DNA of 61,617 nt, counting the filler. It is 7 parts of 7 records of this genome, joined end to end, with 100 filler letters (N's around TTAATTAATTAA, not from the genome) between each part and the next. Parts side by side here need not be neighbours in the genome. Positions count along the whole stretch, not along the records: positions 30,241 to 40,013 come from SRR31156797_29347; positions 40,114 to 45,760 come from SRR31156797_29356; positions 45,861 to 53,216 come from SRR31156797_29359; 4 more parts are not named here. One strand, 5' to 3'. Positions 37,877 to 47,132 of this stretch are shown here, one piece after another; within the stretch, counting starts at the first letter, position 1; every line of letters starts with the position of its first letter. The translations under genes were made by a program, and so were the position numbers. The notes under the pieces are model-generated. The model had not been told where the DNA came from and ran no database searches. It worked only from the letters and a program-made list of their open reading frames with translations.

Positions 37877-39259
37877 TTACATAACCAGTTCAAACTTCTC
37901 TTCCGGCGCATCCCGGTCGATCTTGTCCATGATTGCCGAAAGCATCTTCTCCAGAATCCTCATGGCTCCGGCATACCCGGTAACGGGAAAGTAACTGTGC
38001 CCGACTCTGTCCAGGATGGGAAAACCCATTCGTACAAAGGGAATATCCTCATCCCTTGCGATGTACTTTCCGTATGTATTCCCCATGATCAGGTCCACCG
38101 GCTCCTCCTTGATCCACTGATGCATAAGGAACATATCCGCCTGGGCGCCGTTTTTGAATTTCGCTTCCGCTACGGTATCGCCCAGGATCTCCTCCATCCT
38201 TTCGGAAAAATACTTTCCGGGGGTACCGCTGACGACGTAAACGGGTTTCATATCCAGGCCCACCAGGAACTCGGCCAGAGGGATGAGCATGTCGGGGTCA
38301 CCGTAAAGGGCGACTCTTTTTCCATGAAGGTACTGCTGCATGTCGGTAACGATATCGACGACGCGGCCCCGCTCATCCGCAATGGATTCGGGGACAGGGC
38401 AGCCGGTGGTTTCACTGACCTTCATCAGGAATCTGTCGGTGGCCAGGATTCCCAGGGGAACGTCCATGACCTCGAAGGGGATGTCGCATTTTTTCTTCAG
38501 CTCCACTCCCCCTGCCTCAGATGAAAACTTACCAAGGGCGAAGGTGAAGTTGGCGGCGCCGGACCTCTTCAGATCGGGGATGGAGGTCCCCCCTTTGGGG
38601 TACATCTGGTGAGAACCGGTCTGGGGAGAATCCAAGACCCCCGAGGTGTCGGGAAACATGACGAAGGGGACATTCATTTCTCTCATCAGTCTTTTGATCT
38701 CCCGCATATCAGAGGGTTCCACCCATCCGGGAAGGATGTTCACGAGATCGGGGTGGATATCCTGCTTCTCCGCAAAATATTTGGCGATGGAGGCGCACAT
38801 ATTGGAGAAGCCGGTCACATGGGAGCCTACGTAGCTGGGAGTGCTCGCGTGGATCACATGCTTTCCCTCGGGGACCTTCCCCTCAGAAATGGCTTTCTGG
38901 GTGATCTGAGCGACATCGTCACCGATCGTTTCGGAGAGACAGGTGGTATGAACGGCCACGATATCGGGATCATAGATGCTGAAGATATTATTGAATGACT
39001 GAAGAAGGTTGCTCTGACCGCCGAAAACGGAGGCCCCTTCGGTAAAGGATGAGGTTCCCGCCATGACCGGCTCTTTGTAGTGCCTGGTCAGGGTGGATCT
39101 GTGGTAGGAACAGCAGCCCTGAGATCCATGGCTATGGGGAAGACATCCGTGTATGCCGAGGGAGGCGTACATGGCTCCGATGGGCTGGCAGGTCTTTGCC
39201 GGATTAACAGTCAAAGCCTTTCTTTCTTTAACTTCTTCGGTCGTGTGACGCAATAACAT
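37877..39259 (-). CDS. nifK: Mo-nitrogenase beta subunit (short group II type)
   Basis: NPAKTCQPIGA, HGSQGCCSYHR, TTCLSETIGDD; start placed at MLLRHT (39259) behind AAGGA. Confidence 0.96.
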   Translation of the reverse strand: MLLRHTTEEVKERKALTVNPAKTCQPIGAMYASLGIHGCLPHSHGSQGCCSYHRSTLTRHYKEPVMAGTSSFTEGASVFGGQSNLLQSFNNIFSIYDPDIVAVHTTCLSETIGDDVAQITQKAISEGKVPEGKHVIHASTPSYVGSHVTGFSNMCASIAKYFAEKQDIHPDLVNILPGWVEPSDMREIKRLMREMNVPFVMFPDTSGVLDSPQTGSHQMYPKGGTSIPDLKRSGAANFTFALGKFSSEAGGVELKKKCDIPFEVMDVPLGILATDRFLMKVSETTGCPVPESIADERGRVVDIVTDMQQYLHGKRVALYGDPDMLIPLAEFLVGLDMKPVYVVSGTPGKYFSERMEEILGDTVAEAKFKNGAQADMFLMHQWIKEEPVDLIMGNTYGKYIARDEDIPFVRMGFPILDRVGHSYFPVTGYAGAMRILEKMLSAIMDKIDRDAPEEKFELVM

Positions 39260-39280
39260 AATTGTAATTCCTTTTATCCT

Positions 39281-39305
39281 CCCGAGGCTCCACAGGAGCC
39301 TCGGG
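39281..39305. other. GC-rich hairpin in the nifD-nifK spacer
   Basis: CCCGAGGCTCC-ACA-GGAGCCTCGGG. Confidence 0.6.
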
Positions 39306-39332
39306 GTTTCTTTCGATGAGGCCTGAGGGCCT

Positions 39333-40013
39333 TTACACAGCCTTGACAAATGAAGCGGTCATGGATTTCTGCTTGTCCCATGGGGCTTCGATAAAGTCCC
39401 ATATCCTTGTGTTCGTCATCCTGTCGATATCCTTGTAAAAGTTGATCGCCCCCGCGAAACCGGCATAGGGGCCGCCGTAGTCGTAGCTGTGGAGCTGCTT
39501 CAGGGGGATGCCCATTTTCTGAACGACATACTTCTCTTTGATTCCCGCGCAGAACACTGAAGGCTTGTACATCTCGATCAGTTTCTCCATTTCATAATGG
39601 CTCAGGTCGTCGATGACGAGGGTACCGTCCTGCATATCCGCCATCATTCCGTCGTAGTTACTGAACTCCTGCCCCTTTTCCACCAGAGCAGCTTTTTTAT
39701 CTGCCAGTGCCTGGGAAAAACGTTCGGGATCCTTTTCGATGTGAAGCTCTTCGATGTTTCTGCTGTCCGCGTCAATCTTGATGGAGGGCAGAACCCGTCT
39801 TCCCTCGTAGTCGTCCCGGTGTCCGAACTCATAGCCCGTGGCGATGCTGGCCATACCCAGCTCATTGAACAGCTCCTGGTAGTGGTGGGCTCTGGAGCCG
39901 CCCACGAACATCATGGCGGTCTTGCCTTCCGTATTGGGTCTGATCTCGCTGACCGCCGCATCGATCTTGGCCTGTTCTTCGGCGATGACCTCTTCGATTC
40001 TGGCGCTCAGTTC
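39333..40013 (-). CDS. nifD: Mo-nitrogenase alpha subunit, C-terminal part (5'-truncated)
   Basis: VGGSRAHH, YEFGHRDDYEG, group II insertion (DADSRNIEEL...), GIKEK, QLHSYDYGGPY. Confidence 0.96.
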   Translation of the reverse strand, partial: ELSARIEEVIAEEQAKIDAAVSEIRPNTEGKTAMMFVGGSRAHHYQELFNELGMASIATGYEFGHRDDYEGRRVLPSIKIDADSRNIEELHIEKDPERFSQALADKKAALVEKGQEFSNYDGMMADMQDGTLVIDDLSHYEMEKLIEMYKPSVFCAGIKEKYVVQKMGIPLKQLHSYDYGGPYAGFAGAINFYKDIDRMTNTRIWDFIEAPWDKQKSMTASFVKAV

Positions 40014-40113
40014 NNNNNNNNNNNNNNNNNNNNNNNNNNNNNNNNNNNNNNNNNNNNTTAATTAATTAANNNNNNNNNNNNNNNNNNNNNNNNNNNNNNN
40101 NNNNNNNNNNNNN
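40014..40113. other. Artificial contig spacer
   Basis: N44-TTAATTAATTAA-N44. Confidence 0.98.
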
Positions 40114-40290
40114 ATCAGCATAAAGTTTTTTCCTGCATTCATCGCTGTAATTTCTTATAACTAAAGGATTTCCTAATCTTTTCTCATTATTCGGGAAAAT
40201 AATTATCATTTCCACTTTACAGTAAAATCTTCCGCGTATAACATTATAACGAATCAAAACCTAGGTACCAAAAAATAAGGAGAAATTATT

Positions 40291-41469
40291 ATGCTTAACA
40301 TGAAAAAAGCAGGACTGCTGGCACTCATCGTCCTTCTGGCCGTGTCTGCCGCCCCCCTCTTTTCCGGAGGACAGCAGGATTCAAAGGTTGTAAAAGTCGG
40401 TTTCATCGGCCCTCTGACCGGTCCCAATGCAGCCCAGGGCGTCGGTGCCCGAAACTCTTTCGAACTGGCTGTCACACAGGCCAACGAATCGGGAGATTTC
40501 GATTACACCATTGAAATGGTCGCCATGGACGACGCTTCCAATCCGGGAACCGGCGCATCCGCCGCTATGAGTCTGACCGCCGATTCCGATATGGTTATCG
40601 CCGCGGGTCACTGGAACAGCCCCGTTGCCCGGGCCACTATCCCCATCTTCAAGGACAATGAAATACCCCTGGTAATCTGGGGCGCCATCGGAAGCGATCT
40701 GACCTCCCCGGAGAACTACCCCATTATCACCCGGGTCTGCCCCACGGAAGTTCAGGAAAACGTTCCTCTGGCCAAGTTCATGATGGACGATATGGGCATC
40801 AAGAAATGGGCCATCATCTCCGATACCAGCTCCTACGGCAAGGGAAACACCGCAGCCTGGGAGAACGAAGCCGCCTCCCGGTCCGGTGTTGAGATTATCT
40901 CTGTAGACGAAGTCCAGGTCGGCCAGACCGACTTCAAAGCGATCCTCTCCAAGGTTAAGAATATGAACCCCGATGCCGTTTACTTCGGCGGTGTTGTTAT
41001 GGAAGGCGCCCTGATCCGCCGACAGATGAACGATGTCGGCATGGGAGACACCCTCATGGCCGCGATCTCCGGTATGTGGGATGATAAGTTCATCGAAGTC
41101 GCCACCCCGGCTCTTGCCGAAGGCGTTGTTGTAACCAAACCCGGAATCGCCCTTTCCAAAGCCCCCATGGGTCAGGATTTCGTCGCAGCTTATGAAGCCG
41201 CCGGATTCTCCGAACCCTTCGGTGCTTACGGCCCCTACGCCTATGATGCCGCCCAGGTTATCCTGGACGCCCTTACAGAAGTCGGCCCCGACTCCGCCGC
41301 TCTTATTGACGCGGTTGCCGGAATTGAGTCCGATGGTCTCTTCGGTAAGACAACTTTCAACAGCTTCGGCCAGACCGAAAACGTTGCGGTTACCGTTTAT
41401 GTTGTTGACGACGGCGAATGGGCAGACTACGACAGCTCGGCCTACAAAAGCGGAGCAAAATCCTTCTAA
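40291..41469 (+). CDS. livK: Branched-chain amino acid (HAAT) ABC transporter substrate-binding protein
   Basis: Signal ending LFSGGQQD (spirochaete style), KVGFIGPLTG, GHWNS, YGKG, YAYDAA. Confidence 0.88.
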   Translation: MLNMKKAGLLALIVLLAVSAAPLFSGGQQDSKVVKVGFIGPLTGPNAAQGVGARNSFELAVTQANESGDFDYTIEMVAMDDASNPGTGASAAMSLTADSDMVIAAGHWNSPVARATIPIFKDNEIPLVIWGAIGSDLTSPENYPIITRVCPTEVQENVPLAKFMMDDMGIKKWAIISDTSSYGKGNTAAWENEAASRSGVEIISVDEVQVGQTDFKAILSKVKNMNPDAVYFGGVVMEGALIRRQMNDVGMGDTLMAAISGMWDDKFIEVATPALAEGVVVTKPGIALSKAPMGQDFVAAYEAAGFSEPFGAYGPYAYDAAQVILDALTEVGPDSAALIDAVAGIESDGLFGKTTFNSFGQTENVAVTVYVVDDGEWADYDSSAYKSGAKSF

Positions 41470-41565
41470 CCAGTCTTTTTCTAACCAAAACGGTGAATAT
41501 TCACCTGAATCACACGGCCGGTCCCTCCGGGGGCCGGTCTGTTTTTACAATAGGAGGTTTCTTTA

Positions 41566-42486
41566 ATGGGACTTTTTCTGGAACAGCTGCTGAACGCCGT
41601 ACTTCTGGGATGCGCCTACACCCTTGTGGCCCTGGGCTTTTCCCTGTTTTTCGGCGTGGTTAACGTCGTTGTTTTCTGCGGCGGTGATATCGCGGCTTTT
41701 GGAGCCTTTGCGGTTCTTCTCTTTTATACCATCTTCGGGGCTTCGACAGTATTAAGTGCACTGCCCCCCTGGATCTTTGTGATTCTGATTGTCGTCTGCG
41801 GTGCGGCCCTCGGGTCCTTGTTCGGCAAGGTGGCCTACACGGTTTCGATCCGGCCGTACGAAAAAAAATCGGAACTGATGCCCCTGCTGAGCACCATCGC
41901 TCTGGGTATCCTGGTCAGAGAACTCATCGGCCTTCTCTATCCCCAGGGACGAAATCCCCAAATATTCCCTTCTCTCCTGCCGGGAGGGACTCTTATTGAG
42001 GGCAGCGCCCTGACGGTCAGCAACCTGCTGATCATCGTCATTACCCTGTCAATCCTGGGAGTCCTTTTCTTCCTTATCAATAAAACAAAGCTCGGCTGGG
42101 CCATGCAGACCCTTTCGCAGGATAAGGAAACGGCGAGTATGATCGGCATCAATATCAAGAAGACCATCAACTTCACCTTCTTTCTCGGCGGTGCCATCCT
42201 CGGAATTGGCGGTTTTTTAATCGGGTCCTACTACGGGATTGTCCGTTTTGATATGGGAGCCTCCTACGGGTTGATCGGATATTCCGCTGCGGTCGTCGGG
42301 GGTCTGGGAAATATCTACGGAGCCATAGTCGGAGGGATGCTCCTGTCTTTTGTGGAGGTCTTTATAAGCGGCTACATCCCAGGTGGAACGGCCTATGCCC
42401 GGATTGCCTCGTTTATTATTGTCGTCCTCTTCATGATCTTCCGGCCCGAAGGAATTCTCGGTCAGAAGACCGTGGAAAAGGTATAG
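41566..42486 (+). CDS. livH: HAAT ABC transporter permease
   Basis: QLLN...Y.LVALGFSL.FG, TKLG.AM, A..IGIN, AAVVGGLG..GA.VGG, RPEGILG. Confidence 0.9.
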   Translation: MGLFLEQLLNAVLLGCAYTLVALGFSLFFGVVNVVVFCGGDIAAFGAFAVLLFYTIFGASTVLSALPPWIFVILIVVCGAALGSLFGKVAYTVSIRPYEKKSELMPLLSTIALGILVRELIGLLYPQGRNPQIFPSLLPGGTLIEGSALTVSNLLIIVITLSILGVLFFLINKTKLGWAMQTLSQDKETASMIGINIKKTINFTFFLGGAILGIGGFLIGSYYGIVRFDMGASYGLIGYSAAVVGGLGNIYGAIVGGMLLSFVEVFISGYIPGGTAYARIASFIIVVLFMIFRPEGILGQKTVEKV

Positions 42487-42495
42487 GGGGTCCGT

Positions 42496-43737
42496 ATGAA
42501 AACACTCGACAGACTCTTTGCCAACCCGGCAGGCCCGATCCTCCTGAACCTGGTGATCTTCGGATTCATCATCCTGATCATCATAACTCCTTTTGCGGTC
42601 AGCATGGTTCTTGTTGTCCTGGTCTTCCTGGCCCTGCTTATGGCGGATCGAAAAAAGATAATGAAAACTGTTTTCGACAAATGTCACGAACACAAGAAGG
42701 CCTGGTTTATCTCTTTTCTGGTATTTGCGGTTATTCTTCCGCTCATCCTGCACAAGAACTCCTATCACATTCATATCCTGGTCATGTGCGGCATATACGC
42801 CATGCTCGCCCTGGGGCTTAACTTTCAGATGGGAAGCGCCAATATGGTCAACTTTGCCATGGCTGTTTTCTTCGGGACAGGAGCCTACAGCTCGGCCCTT
42901 CTGGCGGTGAACTTCGGATTGAATCCCTGGATCTCCAGTATGGTGGGAGTTGTTCTGGCCCTGGCCATCGGTTATCTCATCGGTATACCCACCCTGAAGA
43001 CAAAGGGGTACTACCTTTCGCTGATCACCCTGGCCATGCAGACGATCTTCAACCAGATTATCATCAATACCGATGCCTTCGGAGGCCCCAACGGAGTAGC
43101 AGGAATCCCGGCTTTTTCCCTTTTCGGCCACTCCTTCCGGAAAGCCCTGAAAATTTTCGGAACGAAACTCCCCTACGGTATCCACTACTACTATCTGGCC
43201 CTGATTCTTGTTCTTATTATGACACTTATCGCCGTCCGGTTGAAAAGCAGCCCTCTGGGTCTTTCATGGAACGCCGTTGGAGAGGATGAATCCTCAGCCA
43301 TCTGTCAGGGGATCAACATTCCCCGGGTCAAGCTCCTTTCGTTCTGCACCGGTGCCGCCTTTGCCGGCGCGGCAGGTGCCGTCTACGGCCATTACATCAG
43401 TTTTATCGGACCTCAGGATTTTGACTTTATGAAGTCCCTTATTATCATCTGTATGGTGATTCTGGGCGGTATGGACAGCGTTCCGGGGGTCATAACAGGC
43501 GCCGTCTTTCTAACGCTTATCGACGAAAAGCTTAGAACCTTTTCGGACGTCAGGATGGTTCTCTATGCGGCCATCCTCCTTATCACCCTCCTGACCCGGC
43601 CGGAAGGGATGATACCGAAAAGCGTACGCGATTATAAGTTCGCCTTCGCCGATTCCAGGATTGTAGCAAAAATCCGATCCCTGCAGAAAGGCAGCGGGAC
43701 CACGGTGGAAACGGCTGCCGGGGAGGAGAAGGCATGA
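42496..43737 (+). CDS. livM: HAAT ABC transporter permease
   Basis: IYAMLALGLN, LKTKGYYLSLITL, GGPNG..GIP, MVILGG, RPEG. Confidence 0.9.
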   Translation: MKTLDRLFANPAGPILLNLVIFGFIILIIITPFAVSMVLVVLVFLALLMADRKKIMKTVFDKCHEHKKAWFISFLVFAVILPLILHKNSYHIHILVMCGIYAMLALGLNFQMGSANMVNFAMAVFFGTGAYSSALLAVNFGLNPWISSMVGVVLALAIGYLIGIPTLKTKGYYLSLITLAMQTIFNQIIINTDAFGGPNGVAGIPAFSLFGHSFRKALKIFGTKLPYGIHYYYLALILVLIMTLIAVRLKSSPLGLSWNAVGEDESSAICQGINIPRVKLLSFCTGAAFAGAAGAVYGHYISFIGPQDFDFMKSLIIICMVILGGMDSVPGVITGAVFLTLIDEKLRTFSDVRMVLYAAILLITLLTRPEGMIPKSVRDYKFAFADSRIVAKIRSLQKGSGTTVETAAGEEKA

Positions 43738-44507
43738 GCGTACTCAAAACCGAAGGAATAGGAATCAATTTCGGTGAACTCTGGGCTGTGAAAAACGTCA
43801 GCCTCGAGGTCAAGGAAAAAGAAATCTGGGGTCTTATCGGGCCCAATGGTTCGGGGAAAACAACTTTCTTCAATCTGATAAGCGGCATGTATACCCCCTC
43901 GGAGGGAAACGTCTCCGTCAATGGGAAGAATGTGACAAAACTACTGCCCAACCAGATTAAGGAGAGGGGCCTGGCCCGCACTTTTCAAAGTTCCCGGCTC
44001 TGCTGGGAGCAGAGTGTTCTGGATAACGTCCTGGAGGGGCTCCAGTCCTCCTGGAAATCCGGCTGGTTCACATCTGTCCTGAAACCCTCCCGCTCCCGGG
44101 AGGAGCTGACCCTGGGAATCGAAAAGGCCCTGGAACTCCTCTACTACTTCAATCCGGAACTGGTGGAGAAGCGGTTCGAACAGGTCAAAAACATCCCCCA
44201 TATTGATCGAAGGCGGATTGAAATCTGCCGGGGTCTGATCGCCGAACCGGATCTCCTCCTGCTGGATGAACCCTCAGCAGGACTGAATAACAAGGAAACC
44301 TCGGAGATGATGGAGCACATAGGCCACATCCGCAAAAAGATGGATAAGATATCGGTCATAATCATTGAACACGATATGTCGGTTATCGCCGATGTTACCG
44401 ACAAGGTCCTGGTTTTCAACGCAGGACAGGAGATCTGCCGGGGAAAGTTTTCCGAGGTTTCGGCCAATCCGGAAGTCCGGAAAGCCTATCTGGGAGGGTG
44501 TGAATAA
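43734..44507 (+). CDS. livG: HAAT ABC transporter ATPase (degenerate signature motif)
   Basis: GPNGSGKTT, ARTFQ, LLLDEPSAG, IEHDM, V.KAYLG. Confidence 0.9.
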   Translation: MSVLKTEGIGINFGELWAVKNVSLEVKEKEIWGLIGPNGSGKTTFFNLISGMYTPSEGNVSVNGKNVTKLLPNQIKERGLARTFQSSRLCWEQSVLDNVLEGLQSSWKSGWFTSVLKPSRSREELTLGIEKALELLYYFNPELVEKRFEQVKNIPHIDRRRIEICRGLIAEPDLLLLDEPSAGLNNKETSEMMEHIGHIRKKMDKISVIIIEHDMSVIADVTDKVLVFNAGQEICRGKFSEVSANPEVRKAYLGGCE

Positions 44508-45217
44508 TGCTAACGTTCAGTCATGTTAATACAGTCTACGGACGGATCCCCATGCTGCAGGATGTCAGTTTCGAGATAAACGCAGGGGAGATTGTCACAA
44601 TACTAGGAGCCAACGGAGGGGGTAAATCAACAACCCTGAAAACTCTCCTGGGTCTTGTGACGCCCACCGCCGGAGAAATACATTTTGAAGGCAAGCCGAT
44701 TCACAAGTGTTCTTCCGATGAAATTGTGAAATCGGGGATATCAGTCGTTCCACAGGGGGGCGGAGTCTTCCCGAGAATGACCGTGGAACGGAACCTTATC
44801 CTGGGAGCCTTTTTTGAAAAGGACAAAAAGGTTGTTCAATCCAGGCTGGAGGAGATGTACACCCTCTTCCCCCGACTCAAGGAACGGGCGGCTCAGAAAA
44901 GCGGAACCCTAAGCGGCGGCGAAAGGACCATGCTGGCGATTGCCCGGGCACTTATCGGCGCCCCCAAGCTCCTCCTGATGGATGAGCCCTCCCTGGGACT
45001 GGCACCTGTGCTGGTTGACGAAATCTTCAATTATATAATCGATATCAACAAAAGCAGAAAGGTGACAATCCTTCTGATTGAGCAGAATGCCAACAAGGCC
45101 CTGACGGTCGCTCACAGGGGATACATCATGCAGAAAGGGTCCATTATTTTCGGCGGTTCAAGGGATGAGCTGGAGGCCAATGAAATAATTGCCGGCTCCT
45201 ATCTCTGTTCCGAATAG
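44507..45217 (+). CDS. livF: HAAT ABC transporter ATPase
   Basis: GANGGGKST, FPRLKER, LSGGE, DEPSLGLAP, EQNA. Confidence 0.92.
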   Translation: MLTFSHVNTVYGRIPMLQDVSFEINAGEIVTILGANGGGKSTTLKTLLGLVTPTAGEIHFEGKPIHKCSSDEIVKSGISVVPQGGGVFPRMTVERNLILGAFFEKDKKVVQSRLEEMYTLFPRLKERAAQKSGTLSGGERTMLAIARALIGAPKLLLMDEPSLGLAPVLVDEIFNYIIDINKSRKVTILLIEQNANKALTVAHRGYIMQKGSIIFGGSRDELEANEIIAGSYLCSE

Positions 45218-45554
45218 AAGGTTTAACCAAAACCTCCAAAACAGTAAATACTATTGTTCAGAAACACGAGTTCGATTCGTCGGGCTCGTGTTTTTATTTT
45301 TTAGGAGTATGTTCCCACATATCAATAACAATTCTTTTTTTATCGATAAATTTTTCATTTTCTAAATTTATACTGTTTTATCAAATTCAACTATACTTTT
45401 TTGATAGATACCGCTTATTATTGTAAAATCATCAAGGTTTTCCTAAATTGTATGTTATTCTATCAAAACAAGAGTTTACATTTTGGTAAAATACATTTTT
45501 CTTGACGATAGAAATATCGAGTCTTAAAATAAGTTGAACAGGTAAACAAGGTAT

Positions 45555-45760
45555 ATGGGAAGAAATAGTAAATCAGAAGAACGAAAAAAAGAAATTCTAC
45601 AGGGCTGCTACGATGTCATCAACAGAGAGGGTCTTGAGAATGCGACCCTCCGGCGAATCGGCGAAGAGCGAAAAATAGCGCCCAGCCTGGTGTCCCACTA
45701 CTTCAAGCGGAAAGAGGATCTTCTGGCAGAACTGGTGGATTTCACTTTCGAAAAGGAACA
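45555..45760 (+). CDS. TetR-family regulator (3'-truncated)
   Basis: RKKEIL...EGLENATLRRIG....PSLVSHYFKRKEDL. Confidence 0.85.
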
Positions 45761-45860
45761 NNNNNNNNNNNNNNNNNNNNNNNNNNNNNNNNNNNNNNNN
45801 NNNNTTAATTAATTAANNNNNNNNNNNNNNNNNNNNNNNNNNNNNNNNNNNNNNNNNNNN
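45761..45860. other. Artificial contig spacer
   Basis: N44-TTAATTAATTAA-N44. Confidence 0.98.
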
Positions 45861-45962
45861 TTTTGGCCATTTGATCATTGTTCTCGACCTGCTGTATAAA
45901 AATGGACGATCATTCTGGTAATTACTACCACTCTCTGGTTATCGGCAGGTATCCCAAAAAGA

Positions 45963-47132
45963 TTAGAACACAGTTGAACCAATGACTTCGTTATAAATGG
46001 CACCCAGTTTTCTGTAATAGGTCTTCTCGCCATATTGGCCGGCCGCCTTTAATCGTCCTTTCTTTCCCATGATCCGGCACTGTTCGGGCGATTCCCACAA
46101 CCCTTGGACCTTGGACTTCAGGTTCTTGATGGACCCTGGTTTAAAAAGATAGCCAGTCTGGCCATGCGTGACCAACTCAGGAATGCCACCGATATCCGAT
46201 GCGACCACCGGAAGGCCGCGGCTCATGGCTTCGGAAATAACCAACGGACACATCTCGTAACATTCACTGGGAAGTACAAGTAGACGGGCATCGGAATAGA
46301 ATTGCCGCATCTCATTCTCACCGAGCTGGCCGACAAATCGGGCGTTTGGTGGAGCATTTCTCTTCAGTGTCGAAAGCATCGGACCACCTCCGGCCAAGCG
46401 GAATGGTATGCCAGGCAGCCGTCGTGCAGCCTCCAGCAAGGTGTTGATTCCCTTTTCATAACTCATGCGTCCGGCAAAGGCGACATAGGTACCGGAAGCG
46501 GGGTCCGTAGCAGGAGCGCTGAGATCAACCATATTGGGCAATACCCGTATGCGCGATGGTTCAATTCCTGTGGCAATTAATTTCCTTTTTGCAAACCGGG
46601 TCAGAGAAACAAAAAGGTCCGTGTTTTTTTTGTATATTTCCATCTGCCTCTCAAAAAAAGAACGACTCGCATAGGCGACGCTTTCGAATACATTTTGGCG
46701 GCAATTGTTTAAAATACATTGAATTTCGTGACCGCCGGTACAGCGTTCACAAATTTTGCCAAGATGGAGATGGCTGGTATTGGGACAGCTCAAGGTGAAG
46801 TTGTGAAAGCTGACCACAACCGGAATACCAGAACGGCGGCAAGCGATCAGTGCCGACGGGGAGAAAAGCGGGTACAGATTATGGGCATGGATGACATCAG
46901 GCTTGTAGCTGGCGATAACCTGGGAAACTTCGCGAATAGCACTGAAATTATAGAATCCTGAGAAAAAGGCCTGTATCTTCAGGCGAAAAGATTTATCCAA
47001 TCCTTGACTGCTGCGAAGTAACAGTCGACTCTGACCGCCATTCTTTTCTACCAGCGAGGCGATCATTTGAACGACTTTGGTTTCACCGCCGAAAAGACTG
47101 CGGTAATCGTTGTAAAGCTGTAAAAGTTTCAT
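45963..47132 (-). CDS. Glycosyltransferase family 4
   Basis: GGE, PDVIHAHN, FAGRMSYEKG, E.CPLVISEAM.RG.PVVAS..GGIPE. Confidence 0.93.
   Translation of the reverse strand: MKLLQLYNDYRSLFGGETKVVQMIASLVEKNGGQSRLLLRSSQGLDKSFRLKIQAFFSGFYNFSAIREVSQVIASYKPDVIHAHNLYPLFSPSALIACRRSGIPVVVSFHNFTLSCPNTSHLHLGKICERCTGGHEIQCILNNCRQNVFESVAYASRSFFERQMEIYKKNTDLFVSLTRFAKRKLIATGIEPSRIRVLPNMVDLSAPATDPASGTYVAFAGRMSYEKGINTLLEAARRLPGIPFRLAGGGPMLSTLKRNAPPNARFVGQLGENEMRQFYSDARLLVLPSECYEMCPLVISEAMSRGLPVVASDIGGIPELVTHGQTGYLFKPGSIKNLKSKVQGLWESPEQCRIMGKKGRLKAAGQYGEKTYYRKLGAIYNEVIGSTVF

Noticed and set aside
34181-38998. Long plus-strand ORFs (for example 34181-34849, 35168-35902, 37997-38524)
   Set aside because: Antisense shadows of GC-rich nif genes with no recognisable motifs.
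37877-40013. Alternative (V or Fe-only) nitrogenase
   Set aside because: No vnfG/anfG between D and K, and the YEFGH and LHSYDY motifs plus nifEN indicate Mo type.
42217-43185. 322-aa minus-strand ORF
   Set aside because: Antisense shadow of livH/livM.
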